From a virus (taxonomy: Duplodnaviria; Caudoviricetes), in IMG/VR virus record IMGVR_UViG_3300047284_000016, positions 1-29,811 of that record: a DNA stretch of 29,811 nucleotides; one strand, given 5' to 3'. The position numbers and the translations under genes are program-made. Shown piece after piece: positions 6,432-15,039 of the stretch. Each line of letters starts with the position of its first letter. The first letter of the stretch is position 1. Below the pieces are notes generated by a model, which saw only the letters and a list, made by a program, of their open reading frames with translations, was not told where the DNA came from and did no database searches.

Positions 6432-9380
6432 ATGGCAGCACTTGTTATCAAATCTTTCGCAGGAATCTCACCGAAGACTCCATCGCGATATTTGCAAGAC
6501 CCGCAAGCGCAAGTGGCTATTAACTGCCCTGTGTTCTCTGGGTCGATCCAGCCGCTAGCCGATGTGAGTGCGTCTTTACTGACGTTATCAAAACAGACAG
6601 TGCCGCAGACAATTTACCGCTACGGCCAAGATATTGACTCTGAAACTCAGTACTGGTTCAACTGGGGGACTGATGTTGACGTATGCCGTAGCCAGATTGC
6701 TGGTGATGAATCGGAGTGGACGTTCTACACCGGCGACGGCGCGCCGAAAGCGACTTACAACACACTTGCTCTATCGTCGTCAAACTACCCTGCGGTTTCT
6801 CGCCCGCTTGGTCTTCCAGCGCCTACTACTGTTGTATCTACATCGCTAGGTCCTTATGAGCCTGAGACAAACCCTGCTGAGGTTTATATCTCTGCGCAGA
6901 ACGTCGAGGCTACTTCGTCTACGTACGGCGTTGATTACAGCTTAGACGACGGGACTACTTATACGAACGTACCTGTTACCGCTGCTTCTCCTCCACCTCC
7001 TCCTAGTACTGCTGTTACCGCGCAAGACATTGCAAACGCGCTAGATGCTGTTGCCACGTTGACTGCGACTGTTGTCGCTGGAGAAGTTCTAGTTAAGACC
7101 ACTGCTACTGGTGAGACGGCTAAGTTGCGTATCCGCATCCGCACGGGTAGCGAAGTTAATAAAGACAGCGCATTTACTTACGCTGGGTATGATAGTACGT
7201 TGAAGTACGGCAAAGCCAATACAGTTGCTACATTGTTTGTACTTGACCAAGAAATAAATTCTTACGATGTAGGCAACAAAGTAGACATTTCGATTCGTAC
7301 AAACGAGACTTATATTGGTGGGGATTTAGCGTCCTTTATAGTTAATAAAGAAGGACTAGCTGTTGCTGACATTGTTGGCGCGTTGTATTACGGCTATATC
7401 TCATTACCTGCTTCTGAAGTAGCGAATGTACGAACTGGGCACTACATGGATGTGTCCATGACAATCAGTGGGTCGCCTACTGTAATTATGCGGCTAGTCG
7501 GCACTACCAACACGTACACTGCTGCTACGTTGGCTGCGGCTATGCAAGCAGAAGTTGATCAGGTGGCAGGGCAGGACGCAATCTACATCGGCGCGGTCGG
7601 CAACACAGTTGTTATCTCTGCAATGCGTGGGGCAGTGTCTACGTTCTCTTACTCTCGGTACACAACTAACCCAGACCCCGGCGGCGTAAGTCCTGTTTAC
7701 AGCGCTAGCTCTACTGGGTTTATACCATCTTCCGGCGGGAACAGAATTTTTACCGCCGCTGCTTACGGCAGTGTGTTGGTATGTGAGCCGCTAGCAAAGG
7801 GCACAGGTAACAATGATGCGATCAGCTACGCCCGCTACCTTACTGCTGGCGGTGCCGTCATTGAATCATCTAAACAGACCATCGTTAACTCAGACTCTGC
7901 CGCACCTGCTAGGGTCATTCTCACGCAGACTAATATTGACGCGCTAGAAGATTCGTATCTTTCGACTGTGACTAACGATGGTGAAGAACGCAAGTTTGTT
8001 TACAACCCGTCTACGGCTTCAAATATTTACGGCCTTGTAGGCCCTTCTGCAAATGTGGTGTTGTACGGGGCGGTGTCCCCAATTGCTGTAGTTACTTCTG
8101 TTGCAACTGGTACTACAGCCACGCTTCATTTGCGCGAAGGCACTTTCTCTACACAAGCCACCTACGCCGAAGTGTCTGGCACTGGATCAATTGCTGCGCC
8201 TAGCCTGACAGAATCGCGGGTCTATGTTTATACGTGGGTAAACAAAGAGTCTGGCTTTGAGTTTGAGTCCGCGCCGTCCCCTGCATCGGAGATCGTTGAC
8301 GTGCATGACGGCCAGACGGTTACGCTTAGCGGCTTCGGCACCCCAACATCAGGGTATATCGTCACACATAAGCGTATTTACCGCACAGTAAGCGGCGTGT
8401 ATCTGTTCGTCGAAGAGTTAGACCTCGCAACCAAAAACTACACTGACTCGAAAGACCCAGATGAGTTGTCTGAAGAACTACCGTCGGCTACATGGACTCC
8501 GCCTCCCGCAAACCTAAAAGGGTTGATTAACCTTCCGAACGGCATTATGGCTGGGTTTGTTGGGCGAGACGTTTACCTATGTGATCCGTACCACCCCCAC
8601 GCTTGGCCTGAACAGTATGTACAGACGGTGGACTACCCAGTTGTCGGGCTTGGGCGTATGGACACGACCCTCGCTGTGTTGACAACCGGCACCCCGTACT
8701 TCTTGCAGGGCACGTCACCTGACACCATGGTGCTGGTTAAGTCTGACCTTGAACAGTCATGCTCATCCAAGCGCAGCATCGTTAGCGCCAACGGGGTTGT
8801 GATGTACGCCAGCCCTGATGGGCTAGTCTTATTAACCCCAAGCGGGTCTAAGATCGTTACCGAGAATTACTTCACACGCGCGCAGTGGCAAGCCTACTTT
8901 GTGCCGACTTCGATCCACGCGTACATGCAAGATTTGAAATATGTGGCCTTCTACGATAATGGTACTTCTTCAGGTGGTTTTATTTATGATCTTACTTCTG
9001 GGCAGCTTATTCTTCATGACATTTACGCTACTTGCGGTTACACGGATTTACAGCGCGACCAACTATACGTCGGCTTCAGTGACCGCGCGCTCAAAAAATG
9101 GCTAGGTGGTTCTGCTAAGTCTTACACGTGGCGCTCTAAGAAATTCACACTCCCACAGGTCGCTGGGTTTAGCTGCGCAACGCTTGAAGCAGAGTCGTAC
9201 CCCATGACGTTGAAGTTCTACATGGACGGAACTTTATTCCATACCCAGACTGTTGCTTCAAGAGACGCGTTCCGCTTACCAGTAAAAGAAGGGCGTGACT
9301 TTGAAATGCAAATCGAAGGTGCCTACGAAGTATTCTCCGTAGCTGTCGCGCAGTCGGTCGAGGAGTTAGCTGGTGTCTAA
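6432..9380 (+). CDS. Tail tubular/stabilisation (nozzle-like) virion protein with a large internal insertion
   Basis: The likely start is ATG 6432 (MAALVIKSFAGISPK), after AGGA. Motifs include YVYTWV...ESAPSPAS, RIYRT, PNGIMAGF, PHAWP..Y, YASPDGLV and YTWRSKKF. The gene precedes the fibre, GNAT and ejection genes. Confidence 0.7.
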   Translation: MAALVIKSFAGISPKTPSRYLQDPQAQVAINCPVFSGSIQPLADVSASLLTLSKQTVPQTIYRYGQDIDSETQYWFNWGTDVDVCRSQIAGDESEWTFYTGDGAPKATYNTLALSSSNYPAVSRPLGLPAPTTVVSTSLGPYEPETNPAEVYISAQNVEATSSTYGVDYSLDDGTTYTNVPVTAASPPPPPSTAVTAQDIANALDAVATLTATVVAGEVLVKTTATGETAKLRIRIRTGSEVNKDSAFTYAGYDSTLKYGKANTVATLFVLDQEINSYDVGNKVDISIRTNETYIGGDLASFIVNKEGLAVADIVGALYYGYISLPASEVANVRTGHYMDVSMTISGSPTVIMRLVGTTNTYTAATLAAAMQAEVDQVAGQDAIYIGAVGNTVVISAMRGAVSTFSYSRYTTNPDPGGVSPVYSASSTGFIPSSGGNRIFTAAAYGSVLVCEPLAKGTGNNDAISYARYLTAGGAVIESSKQTIVNSDSAAPARVILTQTNIDALEDSYLSTVTNDGEERKFVYNPSTASNIYGLVGPSANVVLYGAVSPIAVVTSVATGTTATLHLREGTFSTQATYAEVSGTGSIAAPSLTESRVYVYTWVNKESGFEFESAPSPASEIVDVHDGQTVTLSGFGTPTSGYIVTHKRIYRTVSGVYLFVEELDLATKNYTDSKDPDELSEELPSATWTPPPANLKGLINLPNGIMAGFVGRDVYLCDPYHPHAWPEQYVQTVDYPVVGLGRMDTTLAVLTTGTPYFLQGTSPDTMVLVKSDLEQSCSSKRSIVSANGVVMYASPDGLVLLTPSGSKIVTENYFTRAQWQAYFVPTSIHAYMQDLKYVAFYDNGTSSGGFIYDLTSGQLILHDIYATCGYTDLQRDQLYVGFSDRALKKWLGGSAKSYTWRSKKFTLPQVAGFSCATLEAESYPMTLKFYMDGTLFHTQTVASRDAFRLPVKEGRDFEMQIEGAYEVFSVAVAQSVEELAGV

Positions 9381-11706
9381 GTTACCTAGCGTATCGTCGC
9401 CAATCCCACCAGACCTGCGGGCGTTCTTAGACCGTGTGCGCGAGATTCTTACGACCAGTGGCTTAGACAGATACGTTACTGCGCGAGAGCTCGTGCGTGG
9501 TGGCATCGCTGGGTCTACGCCAAACGGCATAATCACTACACCTATTGATGTCACAACAGTTGAGCTTCCTCCTGCACCTACTGGGTTGGCAGCGAGCGGG
9601 GCTCTGGCGAACATTATTCTTACGTGGGACCCAATCCGCTACAAAGGACATGCCTACACCGAGATATGGAGTTCCGGCACTAATGATCTGTCCACTGCGG
9701 TAATGATCGGGCAAGCCCCCGGTGTTATTTACGTAGATAACGTCGGCGCTGCGGCTACTAAGTATTACTGGATTCGGTTCGTAAATCAGTTAGGCAACAT
9801 TGGGCAGTACAACGCTACTATTGGTGTGGTTGGAACGACAGGCAATGACCCAGCTTATTTGCTAGAAGTACTCACAGACTCTATAACAAGCTCAGAACTA
9901 AGCGCTGCATTAAACGCTCAGATCGATGACAACACGACCGAGATTACCAACATTGGTAATTTGTACATGGTCAAAATGAATAACTCAGGCTATCTATCTG
10001 GCTTTGGGTTGATGTCTGTACTGGCTGATGGCGGTGTCGCGGTTTCTGACTTTTTTGTAAACGTAGACCGCTTTGCTGTTACAACGCCAGTTACTTCGGT
10101 GCCGTTATGGGCCAGTTCTACTGCTTACACCGCAAACGCGGCGGTACGTATTAGTGGCACGACAAACAAGATGCTTGTCTGCAAGATAGCTGGCACTACT
10201 GGTGGCTCCGCTCCTTCTATTTCTGGTGCTATAGGTACGCTAGTTACTGACGGTTCGGTTACTTGGCAAATCACAAGCACGGTGCCGCTGGCTGTGCTTA
10301 CCAGCTCATTTACCGCAAACGGCAACACATTGCCCCCGGGTGTGTACATCGACGGGGCATCGATTGTCAACGCAACAATTAATAGCGCGCAAGTTGGCAG
10401 CCTGACTGCTGACAAGATTACAACCGGCACTCTTGGCGCTGGAGTGATTTACGCAGGTACCATTGAAGCTAGTCAGATTACTGCGGCTACTCTTAGCGCT
10501 TTATCTGTAAACACAGGTGCTTTGACGGTAAGCGGCGCGCTGACACTTAACTCTTCTGCGCATATCAAAGGCGGTCAGACTGGGTATAACACCGGCACGG
10601 GTTTCTTTCTAGGCTACGACAGCACAACCTACAAGTTCTCAATTGGTAGTTCTTCTGCAAGCCTGACGTGGAACGGCTCTGCGCTAGAAGTTGTTGGCGG
10701 CACGATCACTGGTGGCACAATACGAACGTCTTCCGGCTCAACACGGGTAGAACTTGCGTCTTCCGATAACACACTAAAAGTTTATTCTTCTGGCACCGTA
10801 ACTCTACAAGCTGGCGGTTCAGGGCTTGGTTCTATTCTAAAAGTCACCAGCACAACTTTATCTGGCCCTGCTGTGTGGGGCGTGAACACAGGCGCTGCTG
10901 GTGTATACGGCGAAGTAACTACTGGTGATGCGGTTTATGGCCTAGCCAGCGGCTCTGGTGGCGTTGGTGTTTATGGACTAGGAACTCACTCAAGTAGCAC
11001 GACTAACTATGGCGTTCATGGAATATCCGCTCGTGCTGAGTGTGTTCGTGGCGAAGCATCCAATACAGGCGGTTCCAACCATGGTGTTCGCGGCTTAAAC
11101 ACTGGTGGCTCTGGTACGGCTGGTCTTGTCGGTGCAGCAAACGGCTATGACTTTTATGCGGATGGCGGCGGCACTAACTACGGTCCATTCACCGGCACCC
11201 ACGATGCGCTAACCGAACTTGCTGATACTTTCACGATTGGCGATATCGTTATAGATACACAGGTTGTCCGCCGCAACGGCATCTCATCCGCTATTACTCT
11301 GGTAAAGCCAAGCTCTTTGCCAAACCAAAAAGCCGCGCTAGGCGTAGTCTGCGCCATGCCCCGTTCATTATCTGAAATACATCCAGCAGCCTACGTCAAA
11401 GGCTTCGAGGAAGACCCGGAGTCTAAATCCTACGTGCAGGTTATGCAGCCGTACTACGAACCTGATTGCCAAGTTTATAATATTATGGCGGTCAACGCGT
11501 TGGGCGAAGGGCAGATCAATGTCTGTGGCGAGGGTGGAGATATTCAAGCTGGCGACTTAATTGTCACGTCTTCAATCCCCGGCAAAGGGATGAAGCAAGC
11601 AGACGATATTGTCCGTGTGATCACGGTGGCAAAAGCCCGGGAATCTGTGACGTTTTCCAGCCCCACGGAGGTCAAGCAAATTGCTTGTATTTACCTCAGC
11701 GGCTAA
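9373..11706 (+). CDS. Tail fibre/spike: FN3-like, DUF1983-like, beta-helix and C-terminal Peptidase_G2-like autocleaving chaperone
   Basis: GTG start after GAGGAG. Motifs are PPAPTGLAASG...YYWIRFVN (FN3-like), SGFGL...FFVNVDRFAV (DUF1983-like) and GVYG/GVRG repeats. The C-terminus reads FTGTHD...ALGEGQINVCGEGGDIQAGDLIVTSSIPGKGMKQADD. Confidence 0.8.
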   Translation: MSKLPSVSSPIPPDLRAFLDRVREILTTSGLDRYVTARELVRGGIAGSTPNGIITTPIDVTTVELPPAPTGLAASGALANIILTWDPIRYKGHAYTEIWSSGTNDLSTAVMIGQAPGVIYVDNVGAAATKYYWIRFVNQLGNIGQYNATIGVVGTTGNDPAYLLEVLTDSITSSELSAALNAQIDDNTTEITNIGNLYMVKMNNSGYLSGFGLMSVLADGGVAVSDFFVNVDRFAVTTPVTSVPLWASSTAYTANAAVRISGTTNKMLVCKIAGTTGGSAPSISGAIGTLVTDGSVTWQITSTVPLAVLTSSFTANGNTLPPGVYIDGASIVNATINSAQVGSLTADKITTGTLGAGVIYAGTIEASQITAATLSALSVNTGALTVSGALTLNSSAHIKGGQTGYNTGTGFFLGYDSTTYKFSIGSSSASLTWNGSALEVVGGTITGGTIRTSSGSTRVELASSDNTLKVYSSGTVTLQAGGSGLGSILKVTSTTLSGPAVWGVNTGAAGVYGEVTTGDAVYGLASGSGGVGVYGLGTHSSSTTNYGVHGISARAECVRGEASNTGGSNHGVRGLNTGGSGTAGLVGAANGYDFYADGGGTNYGPFTGTHDALTELADTFTIGDIVIDTQVVRRNGISSAITLVKPSSLPNQKAALGVVCAMPRSLSEIHPAAYVKGFEEDPESKSYVQVMQPYYEPDCQVYNIMAVNALGEGQINVCGEGGDIQAGDLIVTSSIPGKGMKQADDIVRVITVAKARESVTFSSPTEVKQIACIYLSG

Positions 11707-11708
11707 TC

Positions 11709-11737
11709 TTTACACAGGCATACCCGTGTGATATATA
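11709..11737 (+). promoter_or_regulatory. Candidate sigma70-like promoter (TTTACA-17 nt-TATATA with extended TG)
   Basis: It lies in the only sizeable + strand intergenic gap. The -35 matches 5/6, the spacer is 17 nt, and TG is at 11729-11730. The -10 matches only 4/6 and lacks the -7 T. Confidence 0.3.
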
Positions 11738-11744
11738 CAACGCA

Positions 11745-12161
11745 ATGGCAAAATTAGTACTTTACGACCGAAATCGGGTGGCTTACTGGGTGGGTCAACA
11801 GGTCGGACAGACGGTACCGTGGGAAGGGTTTAACGCATTTGGAGTGGAGTCGGAAGGGGAGATTGTTGCAGGAGTTGTAATCCACAATATCAATAGCTCG
11901 AACGCTTATTGCCACATCGCAATCGCCAAGCCATCGAAGGCGGTCTATAAGCTGTTTAGGATAGTGGCAGATTATTCGTTCAGGCAACTAGGGCTAAAAC
12001 GACTGACCGGCACCGCACCAACTAATCGACCACGAGTAGTAGCGTTTCAGAAGAAGCTCGGGTTCGAAGAAGAATTTGTAATGAAAGACGCCGCCGACAA
12101 CGCGGACATGATGTTCTTAGTCCTCTGGGCTGAAAAGTGCAGATGGCTACCGAAAGGATAG
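11745..12161 (+). CDS. GNAT-fold acetyltransferase-like protein
   Basis: The likely start is ATG 11745. Motifs IVAGVV, Y.F.QLG.KRLTG and N......QKKLGFEEE match RimJ/RimL-like GNATs. The position before ejection genes is typical of podoviruses. Confidence 0.8.
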   Translation: MAKLVLYDRNRVAYWVGQQVGQTVPWEGFNAFGVESEGEIVAGVVIHNINSSNAYCHIAIAKPSKAVYKLFRIVADYSFRQLGLKRLTGTAPTNRPRVVAFQKKLGFEEEFVMKDAADNADMMFLVLWAEKCRWLPKG

Positions 12162-12164
12162 GAA

Positions 12165-13193
12165 ATGGGTAAATCATCCGCCCCCGCACCAGACTACGCC
12201 CCGCTTGCAAATGCCAGTGAAGAATCCGCAAGGATTATGGCAGGACTTGGCCGGGAACAACTGGGCTTTGCTCGCCAACAGTACGCTGAAATGTCTCCGC
12301 TTCTACGGCAAATTGCTGACCAACAGCGCGCCGCACAAGAAGATCAGATGCAGCAAGCGAGGGATTATTACCGATACCAAACGGAGACATTCAGGCCAGT
12401 TGAACGAGGGCTTGTCGCGGAGGCGCAAAAGTTCGACACCGAGGAATACCGCAACCAATTAGCCCAGCAAGCCGCTGCTGACGCAGGACGAGCTTTCGGT
12501 CTGACTCAAGCAGCCACCCAGCGCGCATCAGCCGCTATGGGCATCAATCCTAACTCTGGCCGCTTTGCCGGTATGCAGCAACAAGGGCAGAACGCTCTGG
12601 CCGCGCAGCGCGCTGCCGCGATGACAGGCACCAGACAACAGGCTCAGCAGATGGGCTTTGCCCGCAAGCTCGACGTAACAGGTCTTGGGCGTGGTCTACC
12701 CGGAGCATCTGCCGCCGCTTATGGTGGCGCAACAGCTGCTGGTAGTGCTGCTGGGGCTAACTACATGGCTCCGGGCAACCAATTCATGCAAGGCTTTGGA
12801 CAAGGCGCGCAGACTATCGGCGCTGGTCGTAACTTCCTACAAAGCGGTCTTGGACAGATTGTTAATACTCAGGGCCAGATTTACGCAGCTGACTTGGCTA
12901 AACCTGATCCATTCGGCTCGATCATCGGCGCGGGGCTTGGCGGCTGGGCAAGTGGTGGCTTCGCCGGTATTTCTGATGTCCGCCTAAAAGACAATATCGA
13001 GAAAGTCGGTGTCGATCCCCGCACTGGTCTAAACCTGTACCACTTCAACTATAAAGATGACCCAGATACTCGTTGGCAGGGTGTAATGGCGCAAGAAGTT
13101 GAGAAAGATTACCCAGATGCTGTAATGACACACAGAAACGGGTACAAGATGGTTAATTATGGTGCCCTCGGCATCCGCATGGTAAAGGTCTAA
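12165..13193 (+). CDS. Putative internal virion/ejection protein with C-terminal Peptidase S74-like domain
   Basis: It starts MGKSSAPAPDY and has a Gln/Ala/Gly-rich helical body. It ends SDVRLKDNI...LYHFNYK...GVMAQEV...PDAV...GYKMVNY (12972-13193). Confidence 0.75.
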   Translation: MGKSSAPAPDYAPLANASEESARIMAGLGREQLGFARQQYAEMSPLLRQIADQQRAAQEDQMQQARDYYRYQTETFRPVERGLVAEAQKFDTEEYRNQLAQQAAADAGRAFGLTQAATQRASAAMGINPNSGRFAGMQQQGQNALAAQRAAAMTGTRQQAQQMGFARKLDVTGLGRGLPGASAAAYGGATAAGSAAGANYMAPGNQFMQGFGQGAQTIGAGRNFLQSGLGQIVNTQGQIYAADLAKPDPFGSIIGAGLGGWASGGFAGISDVRLKDNIEKVGVDPRTGLNLYHFNYKDDPDTRWQGVMAQEVEKDYPDAVMTHRNGYKMVNYGALGIRMVKV

Positions 13194-13195
13194 TC

Positions 13196-15031
13196 ATGGC
13201 TAATTTTGGGATCGGACTAGCACAGGGCTTTAACGTAGGTCTTTCTCTTGGCGAGGCATTGCGCAAACGTCGTATGCGCGAACAGTTTCAAGAAGCGCAG
13301 AAAGAAAAGCCTTTCCAGAAGTACACGATGGAGCAAGGCGAACAGATGCGCCGCGAAGCCGGAACAGTTGAACAGCCCGGAGAGTATGAGTACACCATTG
13401 AGCCGGGGTCTACAACTTACACTCGCCGCAGAAGGGGTTTGAGCGCTGAAGACGAAGCACAGTTGTTGGCAGCAGAAGCAGCTCGTGATCAACAAGGGCG
13501 TCCTTATTATTCTGTAACTCGCGGTCCAGAAGGCGCTACTGTACGCGGGCTCACCCCCACTGAAGGCGGCGGCTTTAACACAATAGGCCCTGATACGTCT
13601 GATCCAAGAGATGTACTAAATTACCCATATATTAGTAACGCAGAGCGCCTCAACTATATTGGCGAAGGTGGGTACACTGGCCCCCAGTCGGATATGCGGA
13701 GACTTCAGTCTGACGCTATTGCCGCTCGTGAAGAAGAAATGCTTCGCCCAGCTAGGTTCCCAGTTGGCGTTGTCCCCGGTTCGGAAAGCACTGTTACCCC
13801 CGGTGCAGCAGAGTATCTCGGTAAGACCTACGCAGAGATGCCGACCGAAGCCCAGCAACGCTCTGGGCTGATGAACCGCTACGCGCAAATCTTATCTGAG
13901 TACGACCCGATTGAAGGCGAGAAGTTCCGCTCGATGGCACGTGCTGAAGATCGTGCGCAAGAAACCTTTGACCTTAATAAACAACTAACTCAGTTCGGTA
14001 TAAAGGCAGCGGCGCGTACCGAGAAAGAGGCAGCAGACTTTGAAAACATATCTACCGCAGCGTCTAAATTTCAAGCTGAAAATCCTAACGCTAGCCCAGC
14101 CCAAATCGTCGATCATGTCAGAAAGACGGTAAAGCCTTCAGAAGCAACACTTAGTAAGTTTATTGCTAATGTGGTTGGTGTAGACCAAAATAACATGACG
14201 TTAATGAAGAACGAAGTTATTCGGGCTATAGATAGAACCAAGGGTAGTCTTCCGGCCTTGATAGACGTGTTCAATAATGACGACCGTTTTGACCCAAGCA
14301 CTAATATAGTTAAGTCCGTTGATAAGGACGGCAAAGTAACAATCAAAATGGTTTCCGCTGCCGACCCTAGTAAAGTTTTAAGCAGCCAGACTTTTAACAG
14401 CGAATCAGAGGCTTTTGGAGATTTAGCTAAGCGCGCCACAGACCCAGTTAACTATGCTGGATGGGCGCTTGATATGCAGTACAAGCAATCACAGATTGAA
14501 GCTAATGAAGGATTAGGCGCGTTTCGTAGATTCAAAGCAGCTGGCGGCGGTGTGCGTCCGGAACGTGACTACTCTGTGTCAGACGCTGCTAGGGTTAGCA
14601 CCGCGCTAACTGGGCAGCGCAACAGTATTCTTCGGCAAATAGCTGATCAAGATGAAATCATTAACGGTATGGGCACCAAGGAAGAAAAGGACAGGGCGAA
14701 GAAAGTAAGACAAGCCTTAGCTGGACAAGTAGATGCCCTAGACGTTGAAATCGCCGAGATTAACAACCGACTAACTGGAAGAGGTGGTTTATCGCGCGGC
14801 GGCGGTGGCGGTACTGAGCCTAAACCTAAAGTTGGGCAGACTTATATCGTTCCTAATCCAAAAACCGGCGAAGACATGCAGGTTCGCCTGAAGAAAGGCG
14901 ACGGCTCTAAGGAAGAAGATTGGGAAATACTTGAGTACAAGCGTAGCCGTGGCGGCAAAACAATAAGCGGCCCTATTACTAGGCCGGGAGAAAAGCTGCC
15001 AACAGTTGACGAAGATAAAAATAAGAAGTGA
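13196..15031 (+). CDS. Putative internal virion/ejection protein
   Basis: N-terminus MANFGIGLAQGFNVG with a helical charged body. It lies between the S74-bearing protein and the giant protein. The function is inferred from synteny. Confidence 0.6.
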   Translation: MANFGIGLAQGFNVGLSLGEALRKRRMREQFQEAQKEKPFQKYTMEQGEQMRREAGTVEQPGEYEYTIEPGSTTYTRRRRGLSAEDEAQLLAAEAARDQQGRPYYSVTRGPEGATVRGLTPTEGGGFNTIGPDTSDPRDVLNYPYISNAERLNYIGEGGYTGPQSDMRRLQSDAIAAREEEMLRPARFPVGVVPGSESTVTPGAAEYLGKTYAEMPTEAQQRSGLMNRYAQILSEYDPIEGEKFRSMARAEDRAQETFDLNKQLTQFGIKAAARTEKEAADFENISTAASKFQAENPNASPAQIVDHVRKTVKPSEATLSKFIANVVGVDQNNMTLMKNEVIRAIDRTKGSLPALIDVFNNDDRFDPSTNIVKSVDKDGKVTIKMVSAADPSKVLSSQTFNSESEAFGDLAKRATDPVNYAGWALDMQYKQSQIEANEGLGAFRRFKAAGGGVRPERDYSVSDAARVSTALTGQRNSILRQIADQDEIINGMGTKEEKDRAKKVRQALAGQVDALDVEIAEINNRLTGRGGLSRGGGGGTEPKPKVGQTYIVPNPKTGEDMQVRLKKGDGSKEEDWEILEYKRSRGGKTISGPITRPGEKLPTVDEDKNKK

Positions 15032-15039
15032 GCGTATAA

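Noticed and set aside
10860-11160. GVYG/GVRG periodicity as a DNA repeat array or diversity-generating target
   Set aside because: The repeats exist only at the protein level (beta-helix). I saw no near-identical DNA repeats, template/variable repeat pair or reverse transcriptase.
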